A stretch of 64,000 nucleotides of DNA from Carcharhinus longimanus (lineage: Eukaryota): the NCBI GenBank assembly GCA_030264375.1, contig JASCQW010000027.1:82215401-82279400 (forward strand), read 5' to 3'. Below the pieces are notes generated by a model. It had not been told where the DNA came from. It made no database searches and saw nothing but the letters and a program-made list of their open reading frames with translations. This document shows positions 1 through 12,090 of this stretch, in pieces. The translations under genes were made by a program, and so were the position numbers. Position 1 is the stretch's first letter, and every line of letters starts with the position of its first letter.

Positions 1-297
1 GTGGCACAATGGTTAGCACTGCTGCATCACAGTGCCAGCTACCTGGGTTCGATTCCTGGCTTGGGTCACTATCTGTGTGGAGTTTGCATGTTCTCTTCAT
101 GTCTGCGTGGGTTTCCTCCAGGTTCTCTGGTTTCCTCTCGCATCCGAAAGACCTGCTGGTTAGGTGCATTAGTCATGCTAAATTCTCCCTCAGTGTACCC
201 AAACAGGTGCTGGAGTGTGGCGATGGGGGATTTTCATGGTGGCTTCATTGCAGTGTTGACGTGCGCCTACTTATGACAATAAATAAAACTTTAAACT
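1..297 (+). mobile_element. tRNA-derived HE1/V-SINE-like SINE, tail type B
   Basis: A-box-like TGGCACAATGGTTAGC, B-box-like GGTTCGATTCC, central GTGTGGAGTTTGCATGTTCTC..GGGTTTCCTCC domain. Tail ends GCCTACTTATGACAATAAATAAAACTTT. Confidence 0.85.
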
Positions 298-299
298 GA

Positions 300-510
300 G
301 ACAGTGAACCTTGGTCCTTGTCTCCCCAGCAAGTGAAACATCCTCCCAGCATCTTCCCTGTCAGGTCCCTTCAAAATAGCTTTCTCTGAGAGCTTCTCAC
401 ATTCTTCTAAACTTGAGGGAATGCAGTTCTGCCCAACTTCATTTCTCATCGATGGCCTAAGCCCTCATCCCAGGAATTAGTCTAGGAAACTTCTTACCGC
501 ACTCTCAAGA
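300..510 (-). mobile_element. Degenerate CR1 LINE fragment
   Basis: Reverse complement resembles the RT C-terminal region of the CR1 copy at 41771-42515. Confidence 0.5.
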
Positions 511-517
511 ACAGATT

Positions 518-1640
518 TGCAGGGACCTGGGTTCAATTCTGGCCTTGAGTAACTGTGTGGATTTTGCACATTCTCCCCTTGTCTGCCTGGGCTTCCTCCT
601 ATATTTCAAAGACGTGCAGGTAGATTGGCCATGGTAAATTACCCCTCAGGGCCCGATTTTACCATTTTGATTCTAAATGCTGAACCTGGGTGCAATTCAG
701 ATCCGACTTGGAAAACTGCTCTCGGGCGCCCCCATACACATTTAGCCTGAAAAAAAATTGCTGACTGAATCATGCTGTGGGCGGGGGCTTATCATGCCCA
801 AAACACTGCAGCTCGATCAGAGCTTTGAACTGCAGATGCGCAATTTAAAAAAAATTGAAAAACGCATCCCTGTCACATTGCTCCCAAGCCGCAAAAAGCG
901 GATAAAGTGGCCCACCCCACAACATAACTGTCCCCCTTATACACCCACCAGCCCCATCAGTCGCCATGCTCTGCCCTNNNNNNNNNNCCACCACCCCCCC
1001 ACCCCACACAGAGAATGATCTGGCCTCCTTCCTCCTCCTCCTCCCCTCTGCCCTCAGAGATATATTTGATCCACCTCTTTCCCCTCCCCCACCTCCTCCC
1101 CCTCTTCCTCTCCCCCTCCACCCAGCCAGAGAATGATCTGGCTCGCGTTCCAATCCCCCCACATGCTCTGAGTCAGAGAGCTGCCAGAAGCTCTGAACTT
1201 ACCATTTCAGAAGCTGGAGCACCCGAAACAGACTTTTGCCAAGCATGTCTGTTTCGCGCCGAATCTGGATGGACGAACACAATGTAAAGGGGGAAATGCT
1301 GATAAAGGTAGGCAGGCAGCCCATTAATTCAATTTAAATGAATTTAAAAAGCCGTTGCGCCTGTTTCAGGCGCAGTTCAGATCATGGCCATTTTTGGGCC
1401 TTGGTAAAGTTGGCAAGTACGCAGGTACGAATTGTGCTAATTGCTTCACACCTGACTTTACCAAGCTTTTGCACCTGAAAACAGGTGCAACACAATGGTA
1501 AAATCAGGCCCTTGGTGTCAGGGGGATTAGCGGGGTAAATACATGGAGTTACAGGGATAGGGCCTGGGTGGGATTGTGGTCGTTGCAGACTCGATGAGCC
1601 AAATGGCCCCCTTTTGCACTTTAGAGATTTATGATTAATG
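518..1640 (+). mobile_element. HE1-like SINE (tail type A) split by a MITE insertion
   Basis: SINE head and body at 518-648. The SINE resumes at 1512 (TTGGTGTCAGGGGGATTAGC...GACTCGATGAGCCAAATGGCC..TTTATGA). Confidence 0.8.
649..1511. mobile_element. Non-autonomous DNA transposon (PIF/Harbinger-like MITE), family M1
   Basis: 18-bp TIRs GGGCCCGATTTTACCATT / AATGGTAAAATCAGGCCC (1 mismatch). Flanks TCA/TTG are consistent with a decayed TTA 3-bp TSD. Collinear with 14844-15642. Confidence 0.75.
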
Positions 1641-2664
1641 AAGTCCTGTGGCACGTATGATGTCACTCTACCGGCAGGGGCCAGTAACACCAGAACTAGG
1701 AAACTTGCCGGTGCAAATGGCACTCTCTGGATTTTGAGCACACCCCACCATTCCCGCAGACGAAGTGTGGGCTCAAAATTGCCTCAAGGAAAACACACCA
1801 GAGGTTCTACATGATTTTTTACCTTTCACGCGAACTGTGTAATATTTTCTGGTGTGAATTGTGACACTGTGAAGCAGAATGCAATATTGCAATGTAGCTT
1901 TTATGAATTCCAGTGGACAGTTTTGCCAGCAACTCATCAGCATTCATGGCAAGATATGCTTACAGTGTGTATGTGGGGGTGGGGGGCATTGGGGGGGTGG
2001 TAAGTGTTGGGGGATGTCACCTTGTCTCTGTATGAAATGCAGCATAAATTGGCTGGACCCAGCGTGCATCTTATTAAAATATTTGTCATTAATTACCAGA
2101 AAAAAAAAACACTGCTCAGCATGTAAATATCTCTTTATGAAGTACCGAAAAGTAAGGGAGTGATGACTATAATTAAGATGGGGCTGACAGGCCGCAAGGC
2201 TAACACGAGAAATAGAAATATCAGTAATGTGATGTACATTACTCTTCTGAGGTTGAGGTTGAGCATTGCTGATGACAGTGTTGAGGGAAACTTACCCTTC
2301 GTCCAACCCTGCCCTTTCCAAGATGAAAATATTAGGTTTGGAATATGTTACAAAATTCTGTGCGTGTTAATCCTCTCATCAGTCATTTCTCACCACAAGG
2401 AGCACAGCATATCTTTTCCCAATTTAACTGTGGCCCCTCACCCCAAAGATATATATATAGTAGGCCTCGTGCATTAATATAATAAATAACCATTGTTCTC
2501 AAGGGCACCAGTGCTAAAACGGTGCCAAAAAATTTAGAACATTAAAAATGCAGAATGACAAGAGACTGTTTAGCCCATTATGTGCACTGCAAAGGAGATA
2601 TTATTTGCAGGAGCTGTTTCAGAGGAAGGAAGCATTTAGCATTACAATAATATACAAAAACAAT

Positions 2665-2785
2665 CAATGGGAATTTACGACCTTGCTCATCCCGAAACTA
2701 TAAAATCCCGCCAGACGTCAATGGACCTTCCCATGTTCCGCCCGCTCCAATTCCTGTGGCGGATGGGGCAGTAAAATTCCAGCCA
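2665..2785. mobile_element. Short MITE
   Basis: GC-rich, about 120 bp, ends GTAAAATTCCAGCC. Internally similar to 46067-46182 (AAAATCCCGCC..GTCAA..GG..TTCC). Confidence 0.55.
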
Positions 2786-4019
2786 ATATGGTGATTTTCT
2801 GATGCAACAACAATAATTATTATGCAGCGCACATTATTGGATTGCGGTCCCAACCAGAAATTCCCACCAAATTTAGCAGAAGTTTGGCTGCCTTCTTTGA
2901 ATTCTTTATTCTGCCTGAAAATCCTGGTCTGTTTTTAAAGAGAACAAAGAAAATTATGCTAATAAAACTTGAGGCAATATACCACTTTCAGGCAAATTGT
3001 TGCCTGTAATAAAATAAAATTTTCAGCAGGACCAGCCAGAAGTAACCGATAGTACCATTCATGGACAGTCAACTCTGTCATAGAGATGGGGCGACTTAGA
3101 TGATTTGCCTAATTGCTATTAATTTCAGAAAAAAAGAAACGTTTTATTATATAATCATTTTTCATTTTTGTATCAATATGTAATATAATATTTTTAACAA
3201 GCTTTCCTTTCCTACCCCAGTAAGTATTGCTCAATTTTTTCACACAAAGGCTCACTGAAATAACCCATGTTACTGTGTTTTACAGGCAACACAACTTCAT
3301 GCTACATTTTGTTAAAAACTTTGGGAGGTGAAATTGTCTATTCCAACAGCATTAAACAGGCTCGTAGCGAATTGACAGTGCATTCTTCACCATGCCAGCT
3401 TTCATTTCTCATTAACTTGGAAAATATTGTCAAGATTTTTAAATTCTAATGAGTAAAATCAGCAGTGAGTCTCCAGAAAGGGGTTGAACAAGCATTCTGT
3501 GAACAAGTCAGTTTTGCTCAGAGAGATTTTCCTCCCTCTTGTCTGTGTGCACTTTCTGTCCACACTAACTCACTCCCTGTTATGTTTGTCGTCACACTTT
3601 CATTTCAATGAGAGATGAGCTAGTATCAGGGAGTAAGCGCACCAAGATTTTCTCTTTCCTCATTTGTTCAACACTAACTCATGTTCATTGTGTTGGCAAG
3701 TTAGTTAAAAGAAAAGAGCACAAAGTGGTGTTTTTGGAGCTGTTAACTGAAAATCTGGAAAGCCTGAACACAATTTATTTTGATGAACGTATTTTAAATT
3801 GGCATCACGAGGAGGGAGTTGAGTTCAGTGAGAGCTAAGAATTATTTTCTTACTGTGTTTATTAAATACAGTCTGGCTGTATTTCAGACTCAAGGAGCAA
3901 ACTTTATTTAGGTCAGTCTCCATACATTGGCTTTCTGTCATCGTACATTCAATTAGAAAAATAACATAAATGTAATCTATTTTAACAAAACAAATATTGC
4001 ACAATAGAAGCATAGTTTT

Positions 4020-4635
4020 TATTGCAAAGGGGACAGAGGGATGAAATGTGAAGGCCAGGAGATCTTGTTACAACTGTATTAGGCCTTGGTGAGACCACAC
4101 CTAGACTATTGCATAGAGTTTTGGTCCCCTCATTTATAGTGGGATATACTTGTATTGGAGAACATTCAGAGCAGGTTCACTTGGTTAATTCTTGAGATGA
4201 AGAGGTGGTCTAATTAGGAAACGTTGAGCAGATTGGGCTTGTATTCATTGGAGTTTAGAAGAATGAGGGGCTATCTTATTGAAACATTTAAAATTCTGGG
4301 GGTCTTTGACAGGGTAGACTCTGAGAGGATGTTTCCCTGGTTGAGGAATCTAGAACGAGGGGGTACAGTTCCAGAATAAGGAATTTTTCATTTAAGGTGA
4401 AGTTGAGGAGGAATTCCTTACCTCCTCTTTCTAGAATTCTTTACGCCAGAGAACATTGGAGACAGGGTCATTAAATATATTCAAAGCAGAGTTTGACAGA
4501 TTTTTGATCTTCACGTGAAGTATTTTTGGGGTTGCAGGGAGGAAAATAGAGTTAGGCCACATTCTTTATTAAATGGTGGGTCAGGTCTGAGGAATCAAAA
4601 TTCCAATAATCCTCCTGCTATTTGTTCATTTGCCT
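4020..4635 (+). mobile_element. 5'-truncated CR1 LINE 3' end
   Basis: Decayed RT C-terminus (QLY-ALVRPHLDYCIEFWSP), similar to 41771-42515, followed by a CR1-type 3' UTR. Confidence 0.8.
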
Positions 4636-4798
4636 TAGTTATGTAAAACTGCTATCAACAGATAGATTTGCGCAGCTATTTTGAGGGATATGATGTGTCC
4701 AAATCAGAATTCTATATGACTTGGAGGTAATGGTACTCATGAATTTCACCGCTTGTCTTTCTCAATGGCAGTGGTCACAGGCTGTGTGGTGCTGTTGA

Positions 4799-5018
4799 CA
4801 CAGTAAGAAATCTCACAATACCAGGTTAAAGTCCAACAGGTTTATTTGATAGTAAACGCCACAAGCTTTTGGAACGATGCTCGTCAGGCACCTGACGAAG
4901 GAACAGCGTTGCGAAAGCTTGTGGCGTTTACTATCAAATAAACCTATTGGACTTTAACCTGGTGTTGTGAGACTTCTTACTGTGTTTACCCCAGTCCAAC
5001 GCTGGCATCTCCACATCA
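4799..5018 (+). mobile_element. Short fold-back Penelope-like (pseudo-LTR-derived) element with minimal hammerhead motif
   Basis: Inverted arms of about 90 bp (4798-4985) and an 11-bp TSD GGTGCTGTTGA (4788-4798 and 5019-5029). CTGACGA...GAAA core at 4892-4916. Confidence 0.8.
4889..4923 (+). ncRNA. Minimal type I hammerhead ribozyme motif (PLE-associated)
   Basis: cac-CTGACGA-a-ggaac-agc-gttgc-GAAA-GCTT-gtg: core boxes present, stem II with one mismatch, palindromic AAGCTT stem III, cac/gtg stem I. Confidence 0.6.
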
Positions 5019-5769
5019 GGTGCTGTTGAAACAGACTTGTGAATTTATTTGTGTGTTTGACATCGTACATACTGTAGCCAGTGTTAGATGGAGTATTGAT
5101 TAAGATGGCACATGAATCAAATGTGGTATTCCATAATACTTTTGACTTCAGCCATTGACTTTGAAGTGTTTTGGGAGGTCAGCTAGTACCCAATTTCTAA
5201 CCAGATGTTCCATTTACATTTCTGGTGAGTGGCAACCTCTATGATGTTGATGTTGGGAGACTCAACAATGGCTGAAACCTAGGGAAGATGGTTGAGCAGT
5301 ATCTTATTGGAAATTATGTGGTGATAATGTTATCTCCATGTTGTCATTGTAAGCCTGTTAGGCTACTGTGGACTGCTTCACAATCTTCAAGTGTGGCTTT
5401 TTGCTATTGTGTTACATTTTCCAGGTAGAATTAGAACTTCTTCTACTTGTCCAGTTCATGGGTCAACATGCAGAAGTGTTTTCTGCAGACCATCTGTAAA
5501 GCAGTGATTGGTGCAATTTTATGTGTTTTTTATTTAATTGGATATAAATTGGGTGGTGCAAACCTGTCCATTTGATTTTCATAATGTTCCATGCTCAGGC
5601 AATCTGATACAGTACACCCCGGCAGGAACAAAATCATCTCCCGCAATTTGTTGTGCTACCTGAGACATGTTCTCAGGTTGTGGTGTTTATGGAAACCATT
5701 CTTAGCCATTTGCAGCAAATATTTTACTGCAAATGCCGTTTAATATATTTTTGCTTAATAAAGAGACAG

Positions 5770-5976
5770 TGGCCAGAATGCTTCAGGCGTTCATGCCATT
5801 GGGATTCTCTGGTCCCATCAGTGGCATACCCTGCCATACATTTCCCAGTGCATCGGATGGCTTCAATGGGAATTCCCATTGACAGGGACAGGACCACAGG
5901 ATCTCACCACTAGCAAATGGCAAGCAGCCTCCTGCTGCCGAGAAGAACGCTGAGGGGAGGCCAGGGAATCTCGCCC
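5770..5976. mobile_element. Short MITE
   Basis: Imperfect TIRs GGCCAGAATGC / GGAATCTCGCCC. Internal GGGATTCTCTGGTCCC motif shared with 16172-16270. Confidence 0.5.
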
Positions 5977-7139
5977 AGTATTCTTTATGTTTATGGATGT
6001 AACATAAAGCCTGTAAAGAAAGTCCCGATAATTCAGAAAAATTAAATCTGCAGCAGGACAATAATGTGCCCAACATATTTGATTAAATGCAAAGCATTTT
6101 CACAATTGCATTTTCCACAGTATAGTGAATCTGGGATCAAGCTATCAAGCAAAATAATTGAGGGTGTGAGTGCTAACTATTTTAAAAGATGGCCAATTAT
6201 CTGGTTGGATGTGAGATGGGTAATTATTGTAAATGTCAAATACTGCACAGGGCACTGAGTTTGATTTTTTGCACCTAGCTTCCCAATGTAAAGTGAGCAT
6301 CTCCGAGCAGAAATAGGTGCAGTTCCTGTTATGCTGAGATTCCACCCACTTGCACCCCACCATGTTTTCTGATGAGCCAATGGCAGTTTATTTCAGTACA
6401 TTAAATTGTGGGATGCCCTTCTTGTCTCTCATTTCCCATGAACAGCAGATAGTGAGGCAAAAGATTTGATTGCCTCTGATATAGTCATGCATCTTCTAAA
6501 CAGCACCCTGTTAAAGCAAAGAGAAAGACTACCAGATGGAATACATGTGCTTGAGAATAATACTTCAGAGCAAATAAGCAAAGCAGCAAAAGTAAATTAT
6601 TAAACAATGCATTGTGAGACCAAAAGGTTCACTAGTGGGTTAAAGGTGATTAGTGGTTTACATTCCTCTTCATGACTCATCAATTACAGAAAAAAAAGTT
6701 CTTTCCTCATAAGCTAAATGTGAGTGATAGGTTGTGTTGTTTTCCAACAAGGTAGTCTGAAGAGAGCATTGAACCGAGTTGGTGTCTCACCTAACAAGTC
6801 GTACCTAATAAGCCACCTGCATGGCAGTGGCACAATTCAGGGACAGTGTCTCTCAGATGTGCACAGCATAAATGAACTAGTTGAATGGGAAGATGTTTTC
6901 TCTGCAGTGCATTGTTTTGCTAATCAGGTGCCAGATGCCAACAGTATTTGTGCCAAATNNNNNNNNNNAGTTTTCAAACACACTCTTGTACTTTTCCAGA
7001 AATTGCTGTAGGTCAGGTTAGGAGAGAACAGTGCTGAAAACATCCTTCTTGTCTTGAAACTGGTAAATAGAATTTTATTCAAGGCATACACACTGTTGGA
7101 TTTTAAACCAAAGCTTTGGGTGTAGGAGCCCCATCATAT

Positions 7140-7429
7140 AATCATTGAATCCCTGCAGTGCAAAAGGAGGCCATTTGGCCCATCGATGTACACCAATCTC
7201 TAAAAGAGCATCTTATCAAATTCACCCTCTGCCCTAACCCTATAACCCCACATATTAACTCTGCTAATCCCCTAAATTACACAACTTGGGACACAAAGGG
7301 GCAAATTAGTATGGCCAGTCCACTAAATCTGCACATTTTTGGACTGTGGAAGGAAACTGGGGCACTCAGAAAACTCATGCAGACACAGGGAAAACGTGCA
7401 AACTCCACACAGATAGTCACCCAAGACCA
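7140..7429 (-). mobile_element. HE1-like SINE (tail type A), head lost in N gap
   Basis: Reverse complement of the SINE body (GCAAACTCCACACAGA..GTCACCCAAG) and of the tail (GAATCCCTGCAGTGCAAAAGGAGGCCATTTGGCCCATCGA). Confidence 0.8.
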
Positions 7430-7529
7430 NNNNNNNNNNNNNNNNNNNNNNNNNNNNNNNNNNNNNNNNNNNNNNNNNNNNNNNNNNNNNNNNNNNNNNN
7501 NNNNNNNNNNNNNNNNNNNNNNNNNNNNN

Positions 7530-7822
7530 TGCTGGCTACTTTGCTGAGGCAGCAGGAAGCCATGGATGGGAGGCTGGTTTGCGTGATGGATTGGGCTACA
7601 TTACCAATCTTTTGTAGTTTCTTGAGGTCTTGGGCAGAGCAGGAGCCATACCTGGCTGTGGAGCTGTGATACAACCAAAAAGAATGCTTTCTATGGTGCA
7701 TCTGTAAAGGTTGGTGAGAATCGTAGCTGACATGCCAAATTTCCTTAGTCTTCTGAGAAAGTAGAGGCGTTGGTGGGCTTTCTTTACTGTAGTGTCGGCA
7801 TGGGGGGCCAGGACAGGTTCTG
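7530..7822 (-). mobile_element. Rex1/Babar-like LINE fragment
   Basis: Minus-strand peptide KKAHQRLYFLRRLRKFGMSATILTNLYRCTIESILFGCITA. Nearly collinear with 10920-11200. Confidence 0.85.
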
Positions 7823-8689
7823 TCACCGCCAAGTGCAGAATGGCAGGGTGCTGTGAGAATCACCCCCACAATGTGTTGTAGTCACCATTTCAACAGTCCC
7901 ACATTATCTACTTAACTTTTGATATCCTTAGAAGTAGCCTAAAAAGTAGCTAAAGTTGTAAAAATGAATGCTCAGAAAAGGCCCACAGCCAACTTCTGAA
8001 GATTGGGGAATAAATGTGGCTTAATGCTTAATGATATCGAATTATTAAGTTTATCATAGTTCTCATTTGCAAATGTTATTAAGTCTTTAAATGTCTTTAA
8101 ATAGTTCATTCATCTTTACTACCACCTTCAGTTTATGCTAATAGAATGACAATTTGTATTTATCTATCATTAACTAATATGAATGCCCAAATTAACTGGG
8201 GAAGCTGCACATCTCTGTATCAATTATGTATAGCTGTCTTTTACCAATTAACATGTAACCTAAAACAGCCCATCATTTGACACTGTATTGGCAGTCTTGT
8301 TCAAGCATCGGAGTTGTGTAGGAAATAGTAACAGTAGCACAGTAGAGAATGTACTTTGCAGATTGACTTGAAGGCAATGTGGGCAGCATGCATAGAAGTT
8401 CACCTTTATTTGTTTACTTATTTTGGACCAGTGAGAGCCTGATGTCTATGCAAGGTGCAAGAATTGGAAGTTGCTCATTTCTTAGTATTCACGTCCCCCA
8501 CTTTAAGAAGCAAAATTTTATCCCAAATAAAGAAATAGCTGGTATACGTATAGAATGAGATTGTTCATCAAAATGGATACATTAATGTGCAAATTGCAGG
8601 TTCTCTTGCATTTGGAAATTGAATTGAGTATTTAAATAAAGTTTCAGAGTAGATTCTCATCCAATCTGCCTGTGTTAAATTCAGTCTCA

Positions 8690-9415
8690 ATAGCAATAAT
8701 CTCTACTTAATACATTAACAAGGGTAACCATCCCCAGGCACTTCAAAAGGGCATAAAGAAACATTTGAAGCTGAGTCGAAGAAGGAGATATTAGAAGGCA
8801 TGATTAAGCTTGTTCAAAGAGATGGGTTTTAATGAGGGCCTTAAAAGAGGAGAATAGGATTGAAATAGTTGGAAGAATTTAGGAAGAGAATTTCAGGGCA
8901 TGGGGCACAACTTGGGATGGTGTTGTGAAGGGAGTGGGGTTTCATAATGGACCAAACTCAGAAAAAAAATGTCAGTGGATAGGGAGAGGCAAGACCGTGG
9001 AGCAATTTAAACATGGAGATAAAAGGTTTTCATTTGACATGTTGAAGAACAACAGCAATGAGGAGACAATGGCCAATTTCCAGAATTGAATAAAGAAATT
9101 GGAGATTTGAATGAGCTAAAGTTTGGAGAGAGTTGAGAATGGGATACTGACCAAGTCAGCATTTGAGTAGTCAAAGTGCAAAAGATAAGGATTATAGTAG
9201 CATCTAAGGTGTGGTTAAATAGAGGCATTTGTTCCAGTTAGATGTAGGCAGTCTTTATGATGAGGACGGTATCAGGTTAGAAGCTCAGCTTCAAGTTGAA
9301 TAGAAAGCACAGATTGTGATCAATCTTATACATACTGAAACCGTGGCTTGGGAGGAGAAGTGGTGCAGGTACAGAGTTTGTGGCAGGGGTCATAGATGAT
9401 AGTTTTGGTCTTAAT
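8690..9415 (-). mobile_element. Old L2-like LINE 3' fragment
   Basis: Purine-rich decayed sequence similar to 31160-31800 and 32340-32590. Confidence 0.5.
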
Positions 9416-10621
9416 TTAAAAATGAAAGGATAACTTCCTAACTCTTTGCACTATTTCGATTTTTCGTAAAGTGTCACTCTAACCACAAAATATGTCCACA
9501 TTATAACTCAATGAACGAATGTTTTTGTAGTGCACAATGATATTAAAGAATTAGCAATACCTTTCGCTATATTCTGTGACAATAATAAATCAAATCAAAT
9601 TAGCACAGCAAGGTCACGATATTTTCTACGCTCAGACTTTGTCATATGCAATTAACATTCCTAATGTGTTCAGTAAGCAGTAAAGCTTTTTATAGGTTTA
9701 GTAATCTTTCAAGCTGGTTAAATTTGAATAAACTTCAAAATACGGGTTCTTAGAAATGATCAGATGAAAATTTATAGTGCGCTTGCAGTATAGTTATACT
9801 TCTCATTCATATAGACTGAGTATCTTGCATGGGATTGCAGAGAATAAAGAATTTTTTAAGTGCATTGAGTCACTCAACATATATATGAGTTAAAAACAAA
9901 AATTGCACCAATTTGGTTCAATTTTTTAATGGTCATTGTTAGTTTTCTCACAAGTCTGGTATGTTGAACCATGTCATTTTATTGGACTGTTACTGTATGG
10001 GTGATGGACAAAATAAGTGAAAACTGAAGTTCTAGGCTTTTGTAATTCCACATAAAAATATTTTTAATGTAATATCCACTAAAGATGTTATTATGATGAC
10101 AGCTGTGCTGTTTCTGAACTTTTGTGTCTGCAAAGTACACCGAGGGAATGCAGCCGAAGATAGAATCGGCTTGTTTAATTTGCATATAGTTCCATCATCG
10201 CTTCCAGCTGTAATTTCTCTATATTAGGAAATTTTACAAAGCTGTTCAGATACTGTCTGGGGACTGGACAGATGTGATCAGATCTGTTATTCAATAAAAC
10301 GGAGCCTTACTTGCTTTCTTATTAAATTTCCCGAAGAGAAGTTGAAGTGGTTTAATTTTATGTTCCTTTATTGAATGCTTTAACCAGTTGCATTTATAAT
10401 TTAGTATTTTCAAATTCTGTTTGCATTCCTGGTATTCAAAAATTTGCCAGTATATTTGTAAATTTTATTTCTTTTAAACTGATCTTAAAATTAAGTAATC
10501 CTAAAATATCTGTTCTGAGTTAGTTGATCTCATCAGGGATGTGATAACAGTGCTACATTTTGCCAAAATGCCACTGGATTAGGTTGTTAAAAAGATGAAC
10601 TAGTCTCCCACTCCTGAACTT

Positions 10622-11437
10622 TTTTGATTTGATTTATTACTGTTACATGTATTAGTATACAGTGAAAAGTATTGTTTCTTGCACACTATACAGACAAAGC
10701 ATACTGTTCGTAGAGAAGGAAAGGAGAGAGTGTAGAATGTAGTGTTACAGTCATAGCTAGGGTGTGGAGAAAGATCATTGGTATGAGGTAGGTCCATTCG
10801 AATTCTGATAGCAGCAGGGAAGAACCTGTTCTCAAGATTGGTATGTGACTTTTGTATCTTTTTCCCGACAGAAGAAGGTGGAAGTGGATATGTCTGGAGT
10901 AGGTGGGGTCCTTAATTATGCTAGCAGCTTTACCGAGGCAGCAGGAAGTGTAGACAGAGTCAATGGATGGGAGCCTGGTTTGCGTGATGAATTGGGCTAC
11001 ATTCACAACCCTATGTAGTTAATTGCAGTGTTAGGCAGAGCAGGAGCCATACCAAGCTGTGATACAACCAGAAAGAATGCTTTATATGGTGTGTCTGTAA
11101 AAGTTGGTGAGAATCATAGCTGACATGCCAAATTTCCTTAGTCTTTTGAGAAAGTAGGTGTTAATGGGCTTTCTGAACTATAGTGTCGACATAGGAGGAC
11201 CAGGATACGTTATTGGTGACCTCGACACCAAAAAACTTGAAGCTCTCGACCGTTTCTACTTTGTCTCCATTGATGTAGACAGGGGCATGTCCTCCACTGC
11301 ACTTCCTGAAGTCGATGACTATCTCCTTCATTTTGTTGACATTGAAGGAGAGATTATTGTCATCGCACCAGTTCACCAGATTCTCTACCTCATCCCTGTA
11401 CTCCATCTCGTCATTGTTTGAGATCTGACCCACTATA
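10622..11437 (-). mobile_element. 5'-truncated Rex1/Babar-like LINE
   Basis: Minus-strand RT C-terminal peptides GQISNNDEMEYRDEVENLVNWCDDNNLSFNVNKMKEIVIDFRK and KAASIIKDPT. Tail TGTAACAGTAATAAATCAAATCAAA. Confidence 0.88.
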
Positions 11438-11649
11438 GTCTAATGACCCATGTTAAGAATTTCACTCGTGGACAGGATCAACAGTGACATTCCCAATAAT
11501 TGAATAATTACAAATAAACCATTAGAATCATTGAATTATACAGCACCAAAGGTGGCCATTCAGGCCTGTGTCAATTCTTTGGTGGAGGTGTCCCAACTCG
11601 TCCCATTTCCCTATCTGTCCTCCATTGCCTGGCAAAATCTCCCCCGACA

Positions 11650-11920
11650 TACAATCATATGAATTAGGAACATGGAGCAGGATATTTGGCCCCTTGCCTC
11701 TGCTCCACCATTCAATAATGCCTCAACTGCACAATCCACCTTCTCCCAATAGCCTTTGACTCCTTTGTTAGTCAAGAACTATCTACCTCCGACTTAAAAA
11801 TATTCAATGACCCTGCTTCAACTGATGTCCAGGGAAGAGAGGACAGTCTTCTCATCTGTCTTAAACTGGAGACCTCTTATTTTTAAACTGTGTCCCCTAG
11901 TTCTAGTCCTTCCCATAAGT
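11650..11920 (-). mobile_element. CR1 LINE 3' end
   Basis: Reverse complement of a CR1 3' UTR (CATATGAATTAGGAACATGGAGCAGG..; AAAAATATTCAATGACCCTGCTTC). Confidence 0.7.
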
Positions 11921-11977
11921 TCAGTAAAATACAGCTAATGGCTGCGTGAAAAACAATTATCTTATGGCCGTTAACAC

Positions 11978-12090
11978 TGGTAGGATTTTCCTATCCTGCA
12001 GCAGTGAACGGAGATTTGGCTGGCACCAAATATTGTGTCCTCCTCAATGCAGTGGCAGTGGGGTGTGAGCTGCCGTAAGATCATGCCCTT
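11978..12090. mobile_element. Short MITE
   Basis: Imperfect TIRs GGTAGGATTTTCC / GTAAGATCATGCCC. Confidence 0.5.

Noticed and set aside
1-75. tRNA gene
   Set aside because: The A/B boxes belong to a SINE head and continue into the SINE body. Many diverged copies exist and there is no intact cloverleaf.
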